Source: Azolla caroliniana
Lineage: Eukaryota; Plantae; Polypodiophyta
DNA: 64,000 nt
Direction: 5' to 3'
NCBI GenBank assembly: GCA_043228905.1
Contig: JBHGNT010000001.1
Location: forward strand, 24,924,001 to 24,988,000
A program made the position numbers and the translations under genes. Numbering within the stretch: position 1 is the stretch's first letter; each line of letters starts with the position of its first letter. The notes under the pieces are model-generated. The model was not told the origin of the DNA. It did not search any database and saw nothing but the letters and a program-made list of their open reading frames with translations. Of this stretch, positions 47,585 to 60,575 are shown piece after piece.

Positions 47585-48757
47585 GACCCGATCTCAGTTA
47601 TCCGGTCGGTCTCCTTAGCCAATTCATGCAAACACCGCGTGATACTCACTTGGATTACGCTAAGCGAGTTCTACGATACGTGAGCGGCACAATGGATTGC
47701 GGTATCCTCTACAAGACTGCGATGCCAATACGACTCGAGGGGTACACCGACGCCGATTGGGCCGGCTACAAAGCCGATAGAAGATCAACCTCCGGATTTG
47801 TTTTCTCCCTCGGCAGCGGAGCAATATCCTGGAGTAGCAAGAAGTAGCCTACCGTCGCTCTTTCGAGTACGGAGGCGGAATACAGGGGCGCAGCCGTAGC
47901 TGCGTGTGAAGCCGTATGGCTCAAGAGGATTTTGAAGGATCTGGGCGTACCCATCAAGGATTCGACTTCCCTTTACTGCGACAACATGAGTAGTATCTAT
48001 CTAGCTCAGAACCCGGTGTTCCACGCGCAGACAAAGCACATCGAAGTGCACTATCACTTCATCCGAGAGCGCGTTCTAGCTGGCGATATCGACCTACAAC
48101 ACATTAGCACAAATCTTCAAACGGTCGACATCTTCACTAAAGCCTTAGGAGCCGACAAGCTATGGCAATTCATGACCGATCTCGGATTGACGATCCCTGA
48201 CCTGCCAAGCTTGAGGGGGAGTATTGAAGACATTACGCAATAACGCGTGGATTACGCAATAACGCGTGGATTACGCAACCACGCAACGAAGCCGCGAAGA
48301 AAGATGCAAGTCGAAGCACAAACTTCGCAACTACACACAACGCAAGCTGGAGCATGGATTCCGCAACTCCGCATAAAGTGAGTCGACACGAGTCAACATG
48401 GACTCTGGAATGCGAGTCGAAGCGGATTTCGGATACCGTCTGAAACCGACCTGACTTGAGCTTGAGGGGGCGTGTTGAGAATCAAGCTCAACTTGGTCTA
48501 GTGTGTGAACTCACCTTGAGGGTGAATAGACACTCCAACGGTCAAGAGTCACCATTAAGTCACCTCTTTGTATTCTAGCATTTAGTATGAGTCATAGAAT
48601 CATATTCTATGACACATAACTTATGAGCTTTCACATTCCCCATGCTCCATGAGCCTTGTAGTTAATGAAGAGAGAGGGTGACTACATAAAGCACCCTCCT
48701 CCCACCTTGTATAGTGTTGAGTCTTTCTCCTTTGTTAATATACTTTTAACCTTGCGT

Positions 48758-48812
<55 letters not shown>

Positions 48813-49439
48813 GTTCACACCTATTCTGCTTCACAAGAATCCATCTCTTGATTCTTTACACCTCCTTTTATAGTGTTCTTAGGAGTACTCCTGAAGTTTC
48901 TAGAATGTTCCAGAGAAATCTGGAATATACATGAATTTTCTATAATAAAACTTGAATGAACATAATATTTTTCGTATTTCAATAGAAGGTATAATGGTCA
49001 AGAGCTCAACTCATGTAACATAAGGTCACGGGTTTGAGTCTTTTCATATCATGACACCCTCAAAACATGGATCTTGTAAGTCAATAGATCATCTAGACAT
49101 AACTGAGGTGAGTGTTCCAAAACAATTTATCTTTCTTGGTACTTTGGGGAGTTTGCTTACAATAATTATGTACATTCTTTGACTGGATATACACAATCCT
49201 TGTTAATACTACATATCATCCCCATTTGACGATGCTTGAGCAGTTAGAAAACTCAAAATATTCCGCTTCTAATTTTTTTCTACTTCAAATTCAAGAGGTT
49301 CACATTGTTCTTTCTCATTCACATTGTCATTTCCAACCTTTTTAATATTGCTCAAGCCACACATAAGAAGTTTGAAGATTGTCATCAATTTGAAGGACAT
49401 AAGTTTCAAGTTGCGGATCATGTATGACTCTTAAGAAGT

Positions 49440-49660
49440 AACATACAGAACATCAACCATATACCAAGTTGGATTATCAACATTTAGATCCATACCTTAT
49501 CATTGACCAAAGATTCAATGAAGTTGCATTTCGCCTCAATCTCCCTCCTCATATGTGTCTGCATCTAGTAGTCTATGCAACACTTTAGGTCCTTTATGCT
49601 TCAAGCTCTATTCCAATTCATGTTGTTTTTCCTCCAATTCCTATTGAGCTTGTTGATATA
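49440..49660 (+). mobile_element. Old chromovirus integrase C-terminal fragment
   Basis: Translates as KLDYQHLDPYLII..NEVAFRLNLPPHMCLH, similar to DYRRLGPFRIIGKINDVAFRLNLPPQLRIH in ORF 28391-28837. Confidence 0.6.
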
Positions 49661-52333
49661 ATATATATTATAATATAAAATTACAAGATGTCACCACCTC
49701 GCATAAGCTAATGCATGATCTCCAAATGGCATGCTTGCATGAATGCTAATTGGATATTATGCATGTTTCAAGGTCACAAGCATGCATTGGTCCAACAATG
49801 ATATATAAGAATGTGCTTGAGTCATTGATAATTCGTTTTGATTCAACACCAGTCTTCGGCATATTCTTGTACTATTGTCTTTGTTGTAAAATATAATTAC
49901 ATTCTCCTCTTATTTCTCTTGTTTTGTTATTCTCTTCTATCATTCTACCTTGTTCTTATTACAATAGTAAGAAATGTTTATTTAGATTCTTATATGAACA
50001 CTCCATTGAGAAAAGATTTCTGAATAGCCATACCTTAGATCGCATTTTACCATGGTTTACACATATATTCAACCAAACCCAATCCATGCATGACTTTCTC
50101 TCACAATCATAGTGTGCACTTTCAATTGTGGCATTCATTAATATAGGTGTTGAACAACATGAGTCACTAGCCACTTTCAAATGTATTGTGTGAAAATGTT
50201 ATATTTTTGTCTCATTAGTCATATTTGACCTCAAAAATGATAATGAAATTCCATTGGTTGTTTGCTTGGTGGTTGACATCATATATCAAAAGTCAAAAAT
50301 TGAGAAAAACTAAGTTCGATCCTCGCCATGGGCTAAGCCTCATCTCATAGATTGCTATTGATCTCCTATGGATGTTAAAAATATATCTATCTATCCCCTC
50401 CTTAGGAAGGAGTCGTATGAAAGCTGATATGTTGATTTGGTCCCATAGATTAAGATTGGCCTCCTCATCGATGATAAAACATTTGTTCATATAGCAGACC
50501 AATAACCCTCCATATATACTTAGTCTTGGAGAGTTCACATTAGGCCAACCCAGTTAACCTTTCAATCTAGTGTGTCCTATTTATATCAATCTCCCACCAA
50601 ACACCAACGCCCTTTTAAGAGTTACAACCTGCGATCAACAAGCAATTACCATAATCCTCCATCCAACATTTCCATTATATGCATTTGAAGCAAGTAATAA
50701 AAATAGCCTTCATCAACTACATTTGTGATATTTTTTATGTTTGAACCTTGAGCAACATAATTTGGTTCGTCTCAATGTAGCCTTGTATGAAGTGCACCTT
50801 TATGTGTTGATCTTTGCATGGAAGACGGGATTCAACATCGAAGTGATTGCATTATGACTATCACTCTAAGAGTTGGGTTTTGGAAGGTCTCCCCTTAACC
50901 ATGGCTAAGCAAGAAAGCCATGAGGCTTTCTTGCATGGGGCCTAGCATGAACTAGCGTAACACACTGATCTCATATGATATGTTTGGCATAATGCCATCA
51001 TGGCATACTTAGGTTACTTACAACATATCCATAAGGAATGTTCCACATTTATTCCTTCGCAAAGCTCAACTTTAGTGAATTCTCTTTGCTTACAGTCAAG
51101 TAGGTTGTTGGTATTGTTGTTGGCATTGGCATAATGCATATACAATTGCATGCACATATGATTGTATGTATTTTATTATGCACATATGACTACATGCATG
51201 TAGGTTTGTATGTATGTATGCACTTTGATGTGGAGAGTTCTGAGAGAAGAGAGCTATGTGAGAGAGAGTTGGTGGGTGAGAGATCCAACAACGCAATGTC
51301 AGACGTTACCAGGAAGAGTGAGCATAAAAGAATGAGGAAAAAGGAAAATTTAAATACTCCTTTCATATATAGAGAATTGATTTTGAAAACTGACCCAAGT
51401 TTTTTACCATGACGTTAAACGACGCTAACATTTTTTCAAGTGACGTTAAACATCACAATTACTTAAATAAAAGTTTGGACAATTACAAACATAGCCATCT
51501 TTCATGAAATTGGGCATTGTGAGTTGAATTGCAACAATAGAAATTTTACAAACTACAAAAATGTCCTATACAAAAGATTAGACTTTGTTCATAAATTGTA
51601 AAAACACCCAAAAATTGCAAAGTTATAAAAATGGTCGTTCTTCGTGGAATCATTTAAATTGTAAAAATGTCCTAGAGATTTGCAAAATTTAACATAAAAT
51701 CTTGCACACGCATTTACATATACAAAACACACAGAAATTTACAAGCACACATATACACACAAATTTACACACATCAAACACTTACACTCATACTTGGTAT
51801 AAACATTCAGTTATACACCTAGTCATAAATACGTACACACAATCATAACTCAAAACATAATGATGCACACATACACTCAAAACATTATTATCCGAGTATG
51901 CTCACATGCTTGCTCACACACACCATAGATTTTACGATGTAGGCATCATTTTGAATAACATTTTCTAAATGTCTACATGTTAGTTAGCATGCGTATGATC
52001 TTGTGAATAAGCACAAGGTGTTTGTGACAAATATTGGTGGTTGTTTCTACATTGTACAAGAAAACAAGTAGATTATTGGATCTTTTATTTCTTTGGCTAA
52101 ACAAAGTCAACAAAAGACAGGTTTGGATATTTGAGGGTTATTACACTCAATTCAACCAAGTCACAAATTATAATCGTCTTTGGGGTATTTAGACATGGAG
52201 GATAAAAAGGCCAAATTTACCCATAGATTCATATGATTCAGAATATTGTTGTGCATTAATAAAATAACCAACCTTATCAAGGTCCAAATACGTGAACACG
52301 ACAAATAATGTGTGGCTTCCATCTAGCTATGGA

Positions 52334-52650
52334 TTTTTATTTTTATTTTTATTTTTCCCAAAATAAAACTCCTTCCATTAGTTATAAAATGTTTACAGAT
52401 GAGAGTGTTATATACAAACCCCTATAGGGACGTGATAGTTCCATCTTATGTGGATACCCACTGACTCAATAAAAGGAGAGGACGACCATTGTTGGATGAA
52501 GGCTAGTCGTTGTCTTTCAACTCCATCAGATCCGCCCATGAGGCCATCATATTGGCTCTTTAGAGTGGCTACAACTTCACTCCATATCTCTTGCATTAAC
52601 ATTACTGGATGCACGGTTTGATTTAGTTATGGATATTGGGATAGCCAAGA
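52334..52650 (-). mobile_element. LINE 3' end fragment with A-rich tail
   Basis: ORF 52408-52614 (QEIWSEVVATLKSQYDGLMGGSD...QWSSSPF) resembles the LINE ORF2 C-terminus at 40688-40800; (TTTTTA)n at 52334-52356 reads as a minus-strand A tail. Confidence 0.6.
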
Positions 52651-55600
52651 ATCCAATAGATGAATCAAAGGCGAATGTCAAGATTGTAATACATTTTAGA
52701 CGAGGGAACAACGTGCACACATTTTCATCATGGTTGAAATGAATATTAAAGGTTGGATACTATCTAAAGTGCAACATTCAAGTAATCACTTTGATATGAG
52801 AATATATAGTCATCAAAGTTTTAATTTCCTTATCTATTGTAGTCTTTTAGAGAATCTAATATTCATTCCATGAAGTTCATGAACATTGATGTCCTCAACT
52901 AAAATTGCATGCGCACATATGTATTTTGATGATATATGTAGTTCAAATGGGAGATGGATTTCATTTCATATTGATGAATATATATGATGTTTGCATTGCT
53001 AACAATTATTTTCATGTTTGTCATAAACTTCACATTGTAAAACATGTGATAATTGGAAAGGTAATAATTATTTTAAAGTGTCGAAAACATTTCCAATAAA
53101 CATTAACGAGTTCATGAACTATTATATCTCTGTGATATTTTATGTCCCCTATTTCTTTATCAAAAGAACTACTATAGTTAAGGTATAGCTTTCAGAAATT
53201 AGAAAGTTAATTAATAGTTTGTTTTTATAAAGAGGGAATAACTAATGGCCGTACATGTGAAAGTGCAGAACAAATGTAGTTTTCTGTTTTTAGAAGCATC
53301 AGATGGAAAGAAATTGAGCCTTTTAATTGTCATGTGGATTTGTTGATCCTTTGGTTTTGCTTATATGGTAAACCACATGCATATTACATGGACCACATGT
53401 CGACATGATTCGACCACAACAAAATTTACCTACATTGTAATGATTTGTCATCCCTTAATGAAGGTGAATTGATGATGTTGAGTTTACGAAGAACAATGTA
53501 CATATTCTTTTATGCATCTTGAACTTATTGACAACAATGAACTCTACAAATTCATAGGGACACATGATATAGACAAGTTTTTGAACTATTGGAATCACAA
53601 AACTAAGTCACAACATTATATCTCATGTGCATGCTTAATCACTTATATACATATATGTAGCATGTGTAATATTATTATAAGCATGAATTTTCATGTTCGT
53701 AAAACTATTGCAATGATTTGATTGAAATATGATGCATATGTACTATTGAGAATGATACATGTGTTTGTGATCGCTAAATACATTGAACGAGCCATTAAAA
53801 TTTAATAAACCCATCTTATGAAAATAAAATGAAGATCATATAACTATCCATGGAATTCTTCTATAAATTGAACATACCTTAAACACACGCCTCACAAAGT
53901 CAAGAGGTAGATGCATTTGTTCAAGTATTTACAAATATCTGTGTGACATAAAAATGTTGATTATGATATTCTCTATAGTTGAAGGAAAATTATGAAATGC
54001 TTACTTTGGAGCATAAGAATATAATCTTTAGAGTGGAATCTTTACCAAAGCAACTATTATAGGACCTCTAATGTCATACGAAAATTCAAATGTGATGAAT
54101 TTTTTATGTTCCTTTTCTTTGAAAAATATTGGTGGCGTGAGAATGTTGCCAATAAAAAAACAATAGAAATTAAAGCTTGCTAAAATGTGAAGAAATTTAG
54201 AGCATCATGAAAGTGGACACATGGCATAGTTAACTTTGTAAAGAAAGATGTGCACACAAACAATATAAAGTTGGAGACACAATGACCACCCTTCATATAT
54301 TTATTTATCCATTTTCATCCACACGAGCATATTACATTATGCCCACAAATTTTCTCATAGGTTGAACAAGGAGACATCACACATTCAAGATTTGTGAGAA
54401 ATCAACGATGGTGAGGTAACGTGTCGCGTGGGATCATTGTTTCTTCTCATCATAACGAATGTAGGTGGTTTTAATTTCTTTCAAACAAAACCAAATGGTT
54501 GAGGTAATCTAGAAACAACAAGTCATGTTTGTGTCTCCACGAAGTTGAACAATTTCCTTTGAAAGTGAGTAGCAAACTCCATATGATTTGGTAGATTCCT
54601 TTGACACTTTATATGGTTATGCAATTATATTTAGGTTTTCCTAACGAGCTAGAACCCAAACCAAAAAGAAGTAGGGCCTAAACCAAGAAGCATAACAATA
54701 ACCACTTGTTTGTGCTTCTGGTTTCAATAATGTGTCACTTGTACGAAGTCATCTAAGTCTCTTTAACGAGAAAGTTGGGGAAAGTGGTTTAAGTGTCATA
54801 AATAAGTGGAGCTCATATTGTTTTTTTATGAAATTCATAAGTCTTATGTGGCGAGCCTTAAAAAAATCACATTCATCAAGGACTCGTTTCCATATGCAAA
54901 GTGTGCACCCTTTCTAGGAAAACACAAAATTGCTATTTTTCTTTAATGGTTATGAATTCTATAGTTGGAAATAAAAACAAATATAACCACCAAAAAACAT
55001 GGGAATATCAATGAAAAAAGGCATCAATCAAACTGCCAAAGTAGATGGAAGTTAATATTCTTATAATCTAGTGGTACTATGCTTCTGGGACGTTAAAGGC
55101 AATATTCAAGTGATATGTGTTTGGCGATGGTAGTTGTGTTGGTTGCACTAAGGTATACATGTAATTGATGACCATGTGAAGGGCAAATGATGTTTGAGAA
55201 ATGGTGCAAATTTTATATTCCCATAATGTCAAAGGATGGCATACTATATTTTACGAGAAGGGAAAGTTGTAACTAAAGTATAATGCGATGTGATGCCCTA
55301 AAAATATCTACCAAGAAAAAGTTGATCAAGATGCATTGGATAAGAAAAAGCAATGTTTATTGTTATGAGACATGCATATGGGTGATGGGCATGGAGAACC
55401 TCTCACCCCCATGTAAAGTGGTGGAACTTGGCGACAGACACATCTTTCAAATTTCTTAGAAACACTAAATTATGCATTTGCATGTGTGAATTATGCTATT
55501 CTACGGGATAAAAAGTCATACTTCCATACTTGCTCCACAAATAAAAAACTCATTTACTAACGACATGCGTCAATTTTTGTGGATCGACAATATTCTTGTT

Positions 55601-56306
55601 GTGAGCATGTCTTAAATAAGATTAAAAAAGTTGTTTAATCCATATGTGGTCAAAAGTTATTCAGCCACAATTGTTGACATTTTCTCTGATAAATAATGCA
55701 TGTGAAAAGCCTATGCGAATCCAACAATCCCTTATAGATTAAGCGTGCCAGCAAGGCATTTAGTATTCAATATGCATAATATTTTTTAGTTCAGTCCCAT
55801 TTCTTCATATATTTTGATAAGACAAATAAAACAATTGCAAGTTCCAAGGTGGCTCATGTGACAATTTTTTTGTAATGATGCGATTGATCCGTACAAATGA
55901 TCCCTCATTTTGTCGAGATTTCGTTCCATAACAACACCCTTCAAGGTGTCCGGTCGAGGGTTGCCCGTTAGAGAACTCATGGAATTCTTAAATTAGGTAA
56001 AACAAATGGAAACTTTGGCTACACCACAATAAGATGAAGGGGTGGATGTGACATCTGACGTCGACCTCAATGAGAGAGCACTGTGTGTGAAAGGGACATT
56101 AGTGTTTGAAATATAGACACGAAGTTGTACTCAATGAGAAAGAAATGTATGATGTAATACAAAAGTCATCTTACAGGAGACAACACGGAATGGGACAATG
56201 AGTCAAGAGCACTAGAAGACACCTACTTTACAGAATGGTGTTACAAAGTGATGTTGAGTGGGCCATGGTCATACAGTGTCATTCCACGAATTGTCGTGGG
56301 AGGATT

Positions 56307-56348
56307 TGGGGGGGGGGGGGGGGGGGGGGGAGGGGAGGGGAGGGGGGG
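56307..56348 (+). repeat. Poly-G/GA tract, potential G-quadruplex, about 0.72 kb upstream of the IDD start
   Basis: A run of more than 20 G followed by AGGGGAGGGGAGGGGGGG. Confidence 0.7.
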
Positions 56349-57066
56349 TTGTGGGGCAGTAAAAGGAAAGGTAAGCCCCATATGTAGCGGGGTACCAATG
56401 TTGGGAAGAAAAAGCCCAAAGTGGCCCCATACTTTCATGGGTTCTCCGCAACATGATGTATGTATGTATGTATGGAAAGGGAGAATAGAGTCCCAGTCTA
56501 TATCTACATCTTCTCTCTTTTACACCCCCGACGCTTGTCCGCATGAGTTTGCGCACAATGTACATGTGTCACGCACGCACGTGCACATACTCCCTCTACA
56601 CACCTTTTGTTTTAGCAAGGGACACCAATCCTACACACATAGACACACACACATATGTGTGTGTGTGTGTTATCTCTCTAAATTATTATGTTGGCATGGT
56701 GATAGTGATGAGCCATCCTAGTGCTCTCAACAAGCACCTTCATAAATTCAAATCATTTTCATTTTGGTAAATGCAATCTATAAATGTATGCTTTTATTAT
56801 TGCACATTTGGGTTGGGCTGCTTTTCATGACCTTAGCCCCCCAACATCTCTCCACACATATAATGATGTGCCCCCCCACCCCCAATATACATAATAATGT
56901 AACAGAGCAAATAGAAAATTTGAGTGTCATGCTTCAGTTTAATCTGCGTTCTTAGCATAATCCTCCCCCCAAAAAGAAGGATTTGCAGAACAGTTTGGAG
57001 ATATCTTGGGTTTGCAGATCAATTTGGGTTGGATAAATCTCATGAATGCTTGTGTGTGCACACACC

Positions 57067-57193
57067 ATGGCCAATAGTGGAGGAGGAAGCTATATGCAAT
57101 CAAGTGCCGAGGATGAGGAAATGGTTGCAGGGGCTGCAGCCCATTTGGCCCCTCTCAAGAAGAAGAAGAAGAGAAACTTAGCTGGCCATCCAG
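57067..57193 (+). CDS. IDD: INDETERMINATE DOMAIN (IDD/BIRD) C2H2 zinc-finger transcription factor, exon 1
   Basis: accATGG start; MANSGGGSYMQ...PLKKKKKRNLAGHP (IDD NLS-like KKKRNLPG motif); GT donor at 57194. Confidence 0.85.
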
Positions 57194-57304
57194 GTAATCA
57201 AAAAACTTAAGTCTCAATCTACCGGTTTCAAGTCTTTCCATCTTCCCAAATCCCTTGAATTCAACAGATTCTGATAACCTAATTCATGGTATCATACATA
57301 TGTG

Positions 57305-57339
<35 letters not shown>

Positions 57340-57346
57340 TGTGTAG

Positions 57347-57755
57347 ATCCAGAAGCAGAGGTCATAGCCTTGTCCCCGCGAAGCTTGCTTGCGACGAACC
57401 GTTTCATATGTGAGGTATGCAAGAAGGGCTTCCAGAGAGATCAAAACCTGCAGTTGCATAGGAGGGGCCACAACCTACCTTGGAGGTTGAAAAGCCTGGC
57501 CAGCCCTGATAACAATGTTCTAGTGAAGAAGAAAGTTTACGTGTGTCCGGAGCTGGGTTGTGTCCACCATGACCCTGCTCGTGCCCTTGGTGACCTTACT
57601 GGCATCAAGAAGCACTTCTGCAGGAAACATGGCGAAAAGAAGTGGAAGTGCGAGAGATGCTCGAAAAGATATGCTGTCCATTCTGACTGGAAAGCACACC
57701 AGAAAGTGTGTGGTACTCGTGAGTATCGGTGCTACTGCGGCACCGCCTTCTCGAG
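57347..57755 (+). CDS. IDD: IDD transcription factor, exon 2 (ZF1-ZF3 and start of ZF4)
   Basis: DPEAEVIALSP..LLATNRFICEVCKKGFQRDQNLQLHRRGHNLPW...VYVCPELGCVHHDPARALGDLTGIKKHFCRKH..WKCERCSKRYAVHSDWKAHQKVCGTREYRC; AG acceptor at 57345-57346, GT donor at 57756. Confidence 0.97.
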
Positions 57756-59035
57756 GTGCCACCATCGTTGCCTTTCATTTTTTCAAGCCTTTTAATGTTG
57801 TCTCAGATTAAATAAGGTGGCTAACAGAAACAAGTTTTTTAACATAATTTAAGCGAATGATTTTAAGTTCAATGCATACTGCACTCACAAGAAATTCTGG
57901 TCGATTTTTTGTCCCATGATCCTGCATATCAAGCGATCGAGCAAAGCATGCTTGGCTTGGGTCATAATTTTACTTTGAACCCTACATGTGTGGGCACCTG
58001 ATGTATGCGAGCATTTACCTACTGTGATAACAACATTTTTTCCCATTGCATCACCTGAAATATCAATAGGGGCGATGAAGCTTAAAGGAAGGGGAAGCTG
58101 CTCAAGGCAGTAGAGGGGTTGACACTTTCATGAACATGAAGATATGCACCCAAGATATTCAAGCAAGAAGATCTTTATGTCCCACTATATCTTGTTGACA
58201 TTTGTTTAGAGCTGTTATAAGAAAACGCTAACAAGGGAGATATTGTTCTCATTTTGGATGCTGCTTTGCCACATTAGCTCAAAACATACCCTCAATAGTT
58301 TGATTGACTCATTAAATATGACTCGATGCCGATCTGCCTGCTCTTTGTATCATGGCAAGGCCTTGGAAACTTCATGTGCTAGGTTATAGTGAGGCCCTTG
58401 CTAGTATCTATTGGCTCGATTCTCCGGATATGGATTAACTGGACTACTAAAACTTTGGGATAACTCCAAGATATCCCACTCAAGACCTTTATTCCCTATG
58501 TAGAATATTGTAGACACTTCTAGTAGATAACTCCCAGGATATTCCACACACGATTTTTATATCCATGACCCCGCCACCCCCCACTTTCCTTTATCTTGTC
58601 CCTGAATTGTTCAATATTATGAGCTCCTATAGAGTTTGTGGCTGAAAGGTGATCAAGTGGAGCATACCCAGCTACTTGCATGGCAAGAAAGGGATTGCTA
58701 TTCCTCTGCACGATGGAGATCTAAGATGAGATATGTTTGGTGGGTGGTTCGAAGGACATTAGGTGTTAGGTTGTGGTGCATACATATGGGTGTGGCTGTA
58801 GTTGTAGTCCTGTATTCCGCATTTATCTGATGAATGGCCAATGTCATGAGGTTTGAAAAAGCTAACTAGTTATGAAATTCCAGATTCGAGCCCTCTACTT
58901 CCATTTGACTACTGGAACCCATCACAACAACTTATCTACATTAATGTTTTCTAATGTATTATTAATACTCGTAATAATAGAAACTGGGAAATCCAAGTAC
59001 TTTTCGTAATTTTTGACATGATTCGAATTGGGCAG

Positions 59036-60575
59036 GAGGGATAGCTTTATCAACCACCGTGCATTTTGCGATGCATTGGCTGTTGAAGATATTACTTATC
59101 AAGGATCACCAACCAAACATGGGGAGATAATGCAAGATATTTCAAATTTAAATGAGAGTCTGATAGACAAAACAAAAAAGTCATCATCTAGTATCATAGG
59201 TTCAGACCTTCAAGAATCGGGCAACATTATTAATATAGGTAATGGTGTTGATGCCCCTGATAATGAATATCACTCTGGAGGGGAATATCCGGTGTCAACT
59301 ACGATGGATTCTACTTCCTCCCCGGTTTCTCAACTCACCGGAGAAGCTCTTACCCCGCAAGATGCAATTAGTTTAGAGCCAATGGTGAATGTTAATATAT
59401 CAAAATTACATATGCCAGAGGATGGCACCACATCTGTAGATGGTCGGCTCCAATCAATACAAGATAAGCTGATTCCAGAGGTCAGGAAGGATCCGATGTT
59501 ATGCCTATCTTTATCCTCCTTTATAGTGCCAGGTAATGAAGAAGCTGATGAGATGGAATATAAATCGTCTAGGATGCATGGATTGCACAATGGAGAGCAA
59601 TATACGAGAGATAATATTAGTACCAGGAATAACAACCTGGATGTCGATTCAGCACCATCTGCTAGTGGTCATGCTATGGACATGCTTGCAAGCCTTTTCT
59701 CCCCATCAAAAGGAAAAAGTACCAAAAATAATAATCATAAAAATGGTGAGAGTCAATACATGAAGGCTAGCGAGTTAATGCTAGGTCATTCTCACGAGAA
59801 GCCTGGTACTAGCATTTCGAGCACAACGAATGAGTTTCGAAGCACGAAAGGCAGTTATATTAGCGGTACTCCGATGTCAGCAACGGCATTACTCCAGAAA
59901 GCCGCTCAGATGGGTGCAAAGGCAAGCAACCTTTCTTTCTTGCAGAAGTTTGGGGGCGCATTGAATGTGGTAGATCAAAGCTCATTCATCACAACTAGTT
60001 CAGAGGTCCAGGAAAGCCAGTCAGCCGGTCTTTCCACGACCACTAGCACTTTCCAATCACAATATCAACCACATGCTTTGAAGGATATGTCAAAGGATAT
60101 GGAGACACCAAATATGGGCAGAAGAGTATCATGCATTAAAACTGGTATGCCATTCTCACTTGAATTATCATCTACCTCTAACCGTACCAATTCTACTGGG
60201 AGCTGCAATACTTTTGTGAATCAACATCAAGGCAGTAGGTTGAATATGATCAGTAGTAGCAGCATTAGAGACCAAACTTTGAATGTCTCATCAAGTCATG
60301 GTAGTAGGCATGCAGCATCGTTAATGGAAACATGGGTAGTACCACAATTGAGTGTTAGTACTGGAGCTCAAGTGGCAAGTGCTCATGTAGTACATGAAGG
60401 TAATCATAGTAGAGAGTTGCTAGACTTCTTGGGTGTGGCAGAAGGCTTGAGTAGACCTAGAAGCATTATGAATCATCAACATGATGACATTCCATTTCAT
60501 TCTCACATGAAGGATTTATCGAACCCACCACCACCACAGGGGAATCGCAATGGGGTGCTATATCACCATGGTTAA
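59036..60575 (+). CDS. IDD: IDD transcription factor, exon 3 (end of ZF4, MSATALLQKAA and LDFLG motifs)
   Basis: RRDSFINHRAFCDALA, MSATALLQKAAQMG, ELLDFLGV. Spliced CDS is 127+409+1540 = 2076 nt (691 aa), in frame. Confidence 0.95.

Larger units (their letters stand above)
43406..48243 (+). pseudogene. Copia gag-pol with four premature stops and a solo-LTR insertion
   Basis: ORFs 43406-44845 (gag, CGYCGKLGHHEEEC, WFVDSSAS), 44858-45904 (INT), 45944-46531, 46550-47158 (YVDD), 47626-47847 and 47932-48243 (RH). Confidence 0.93.
42821..48860 (+). mobile_element. Full-length Ale-like Copia with perfect TSD CCTCC, inserted into the chromovirus LTR
   Basis: LTRs 42821-43240 and 48473-48860; PBS TGGTATCAGA at 43241; PPT before 48473; TSD at 42816-42820 and 48861-48865. 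Confidence 0.96.
28025..49056 (-). mobile_element. Tcn1-like chromovirus (Ty3/Gypsy) carrying nested insertions
   Basis: 3' LTR 28025-28421 with PPT at 28422-28435; chromodomain EYEVAAILDSK...YLVDWLGY...TWEP (28391-28837); INT (28880-29800), RH (30167-30487), RT (30786-31484), PR LDSGA (31587-31952); PEG10/Tcn1-like gag (KEPKIGLPAKFDG, CLYCGGPGHIAVNC). Partial 5' LTR at about 42657-42820 plus 48861-49056; TSD TCCTC/CCCTC. Confidence 0.85.

Noticed and set aside
50600-51500. Possible decayed DNA transposon (MULE-like) remnant
   Set aside because: No convincing TIR pair, TSD or transposase motif could be read by eye.
56241-56721. Poly-Pro/poly-Gly ORFs upstream of IDD
   Set aside because: Products of the G tract; no coding signal.
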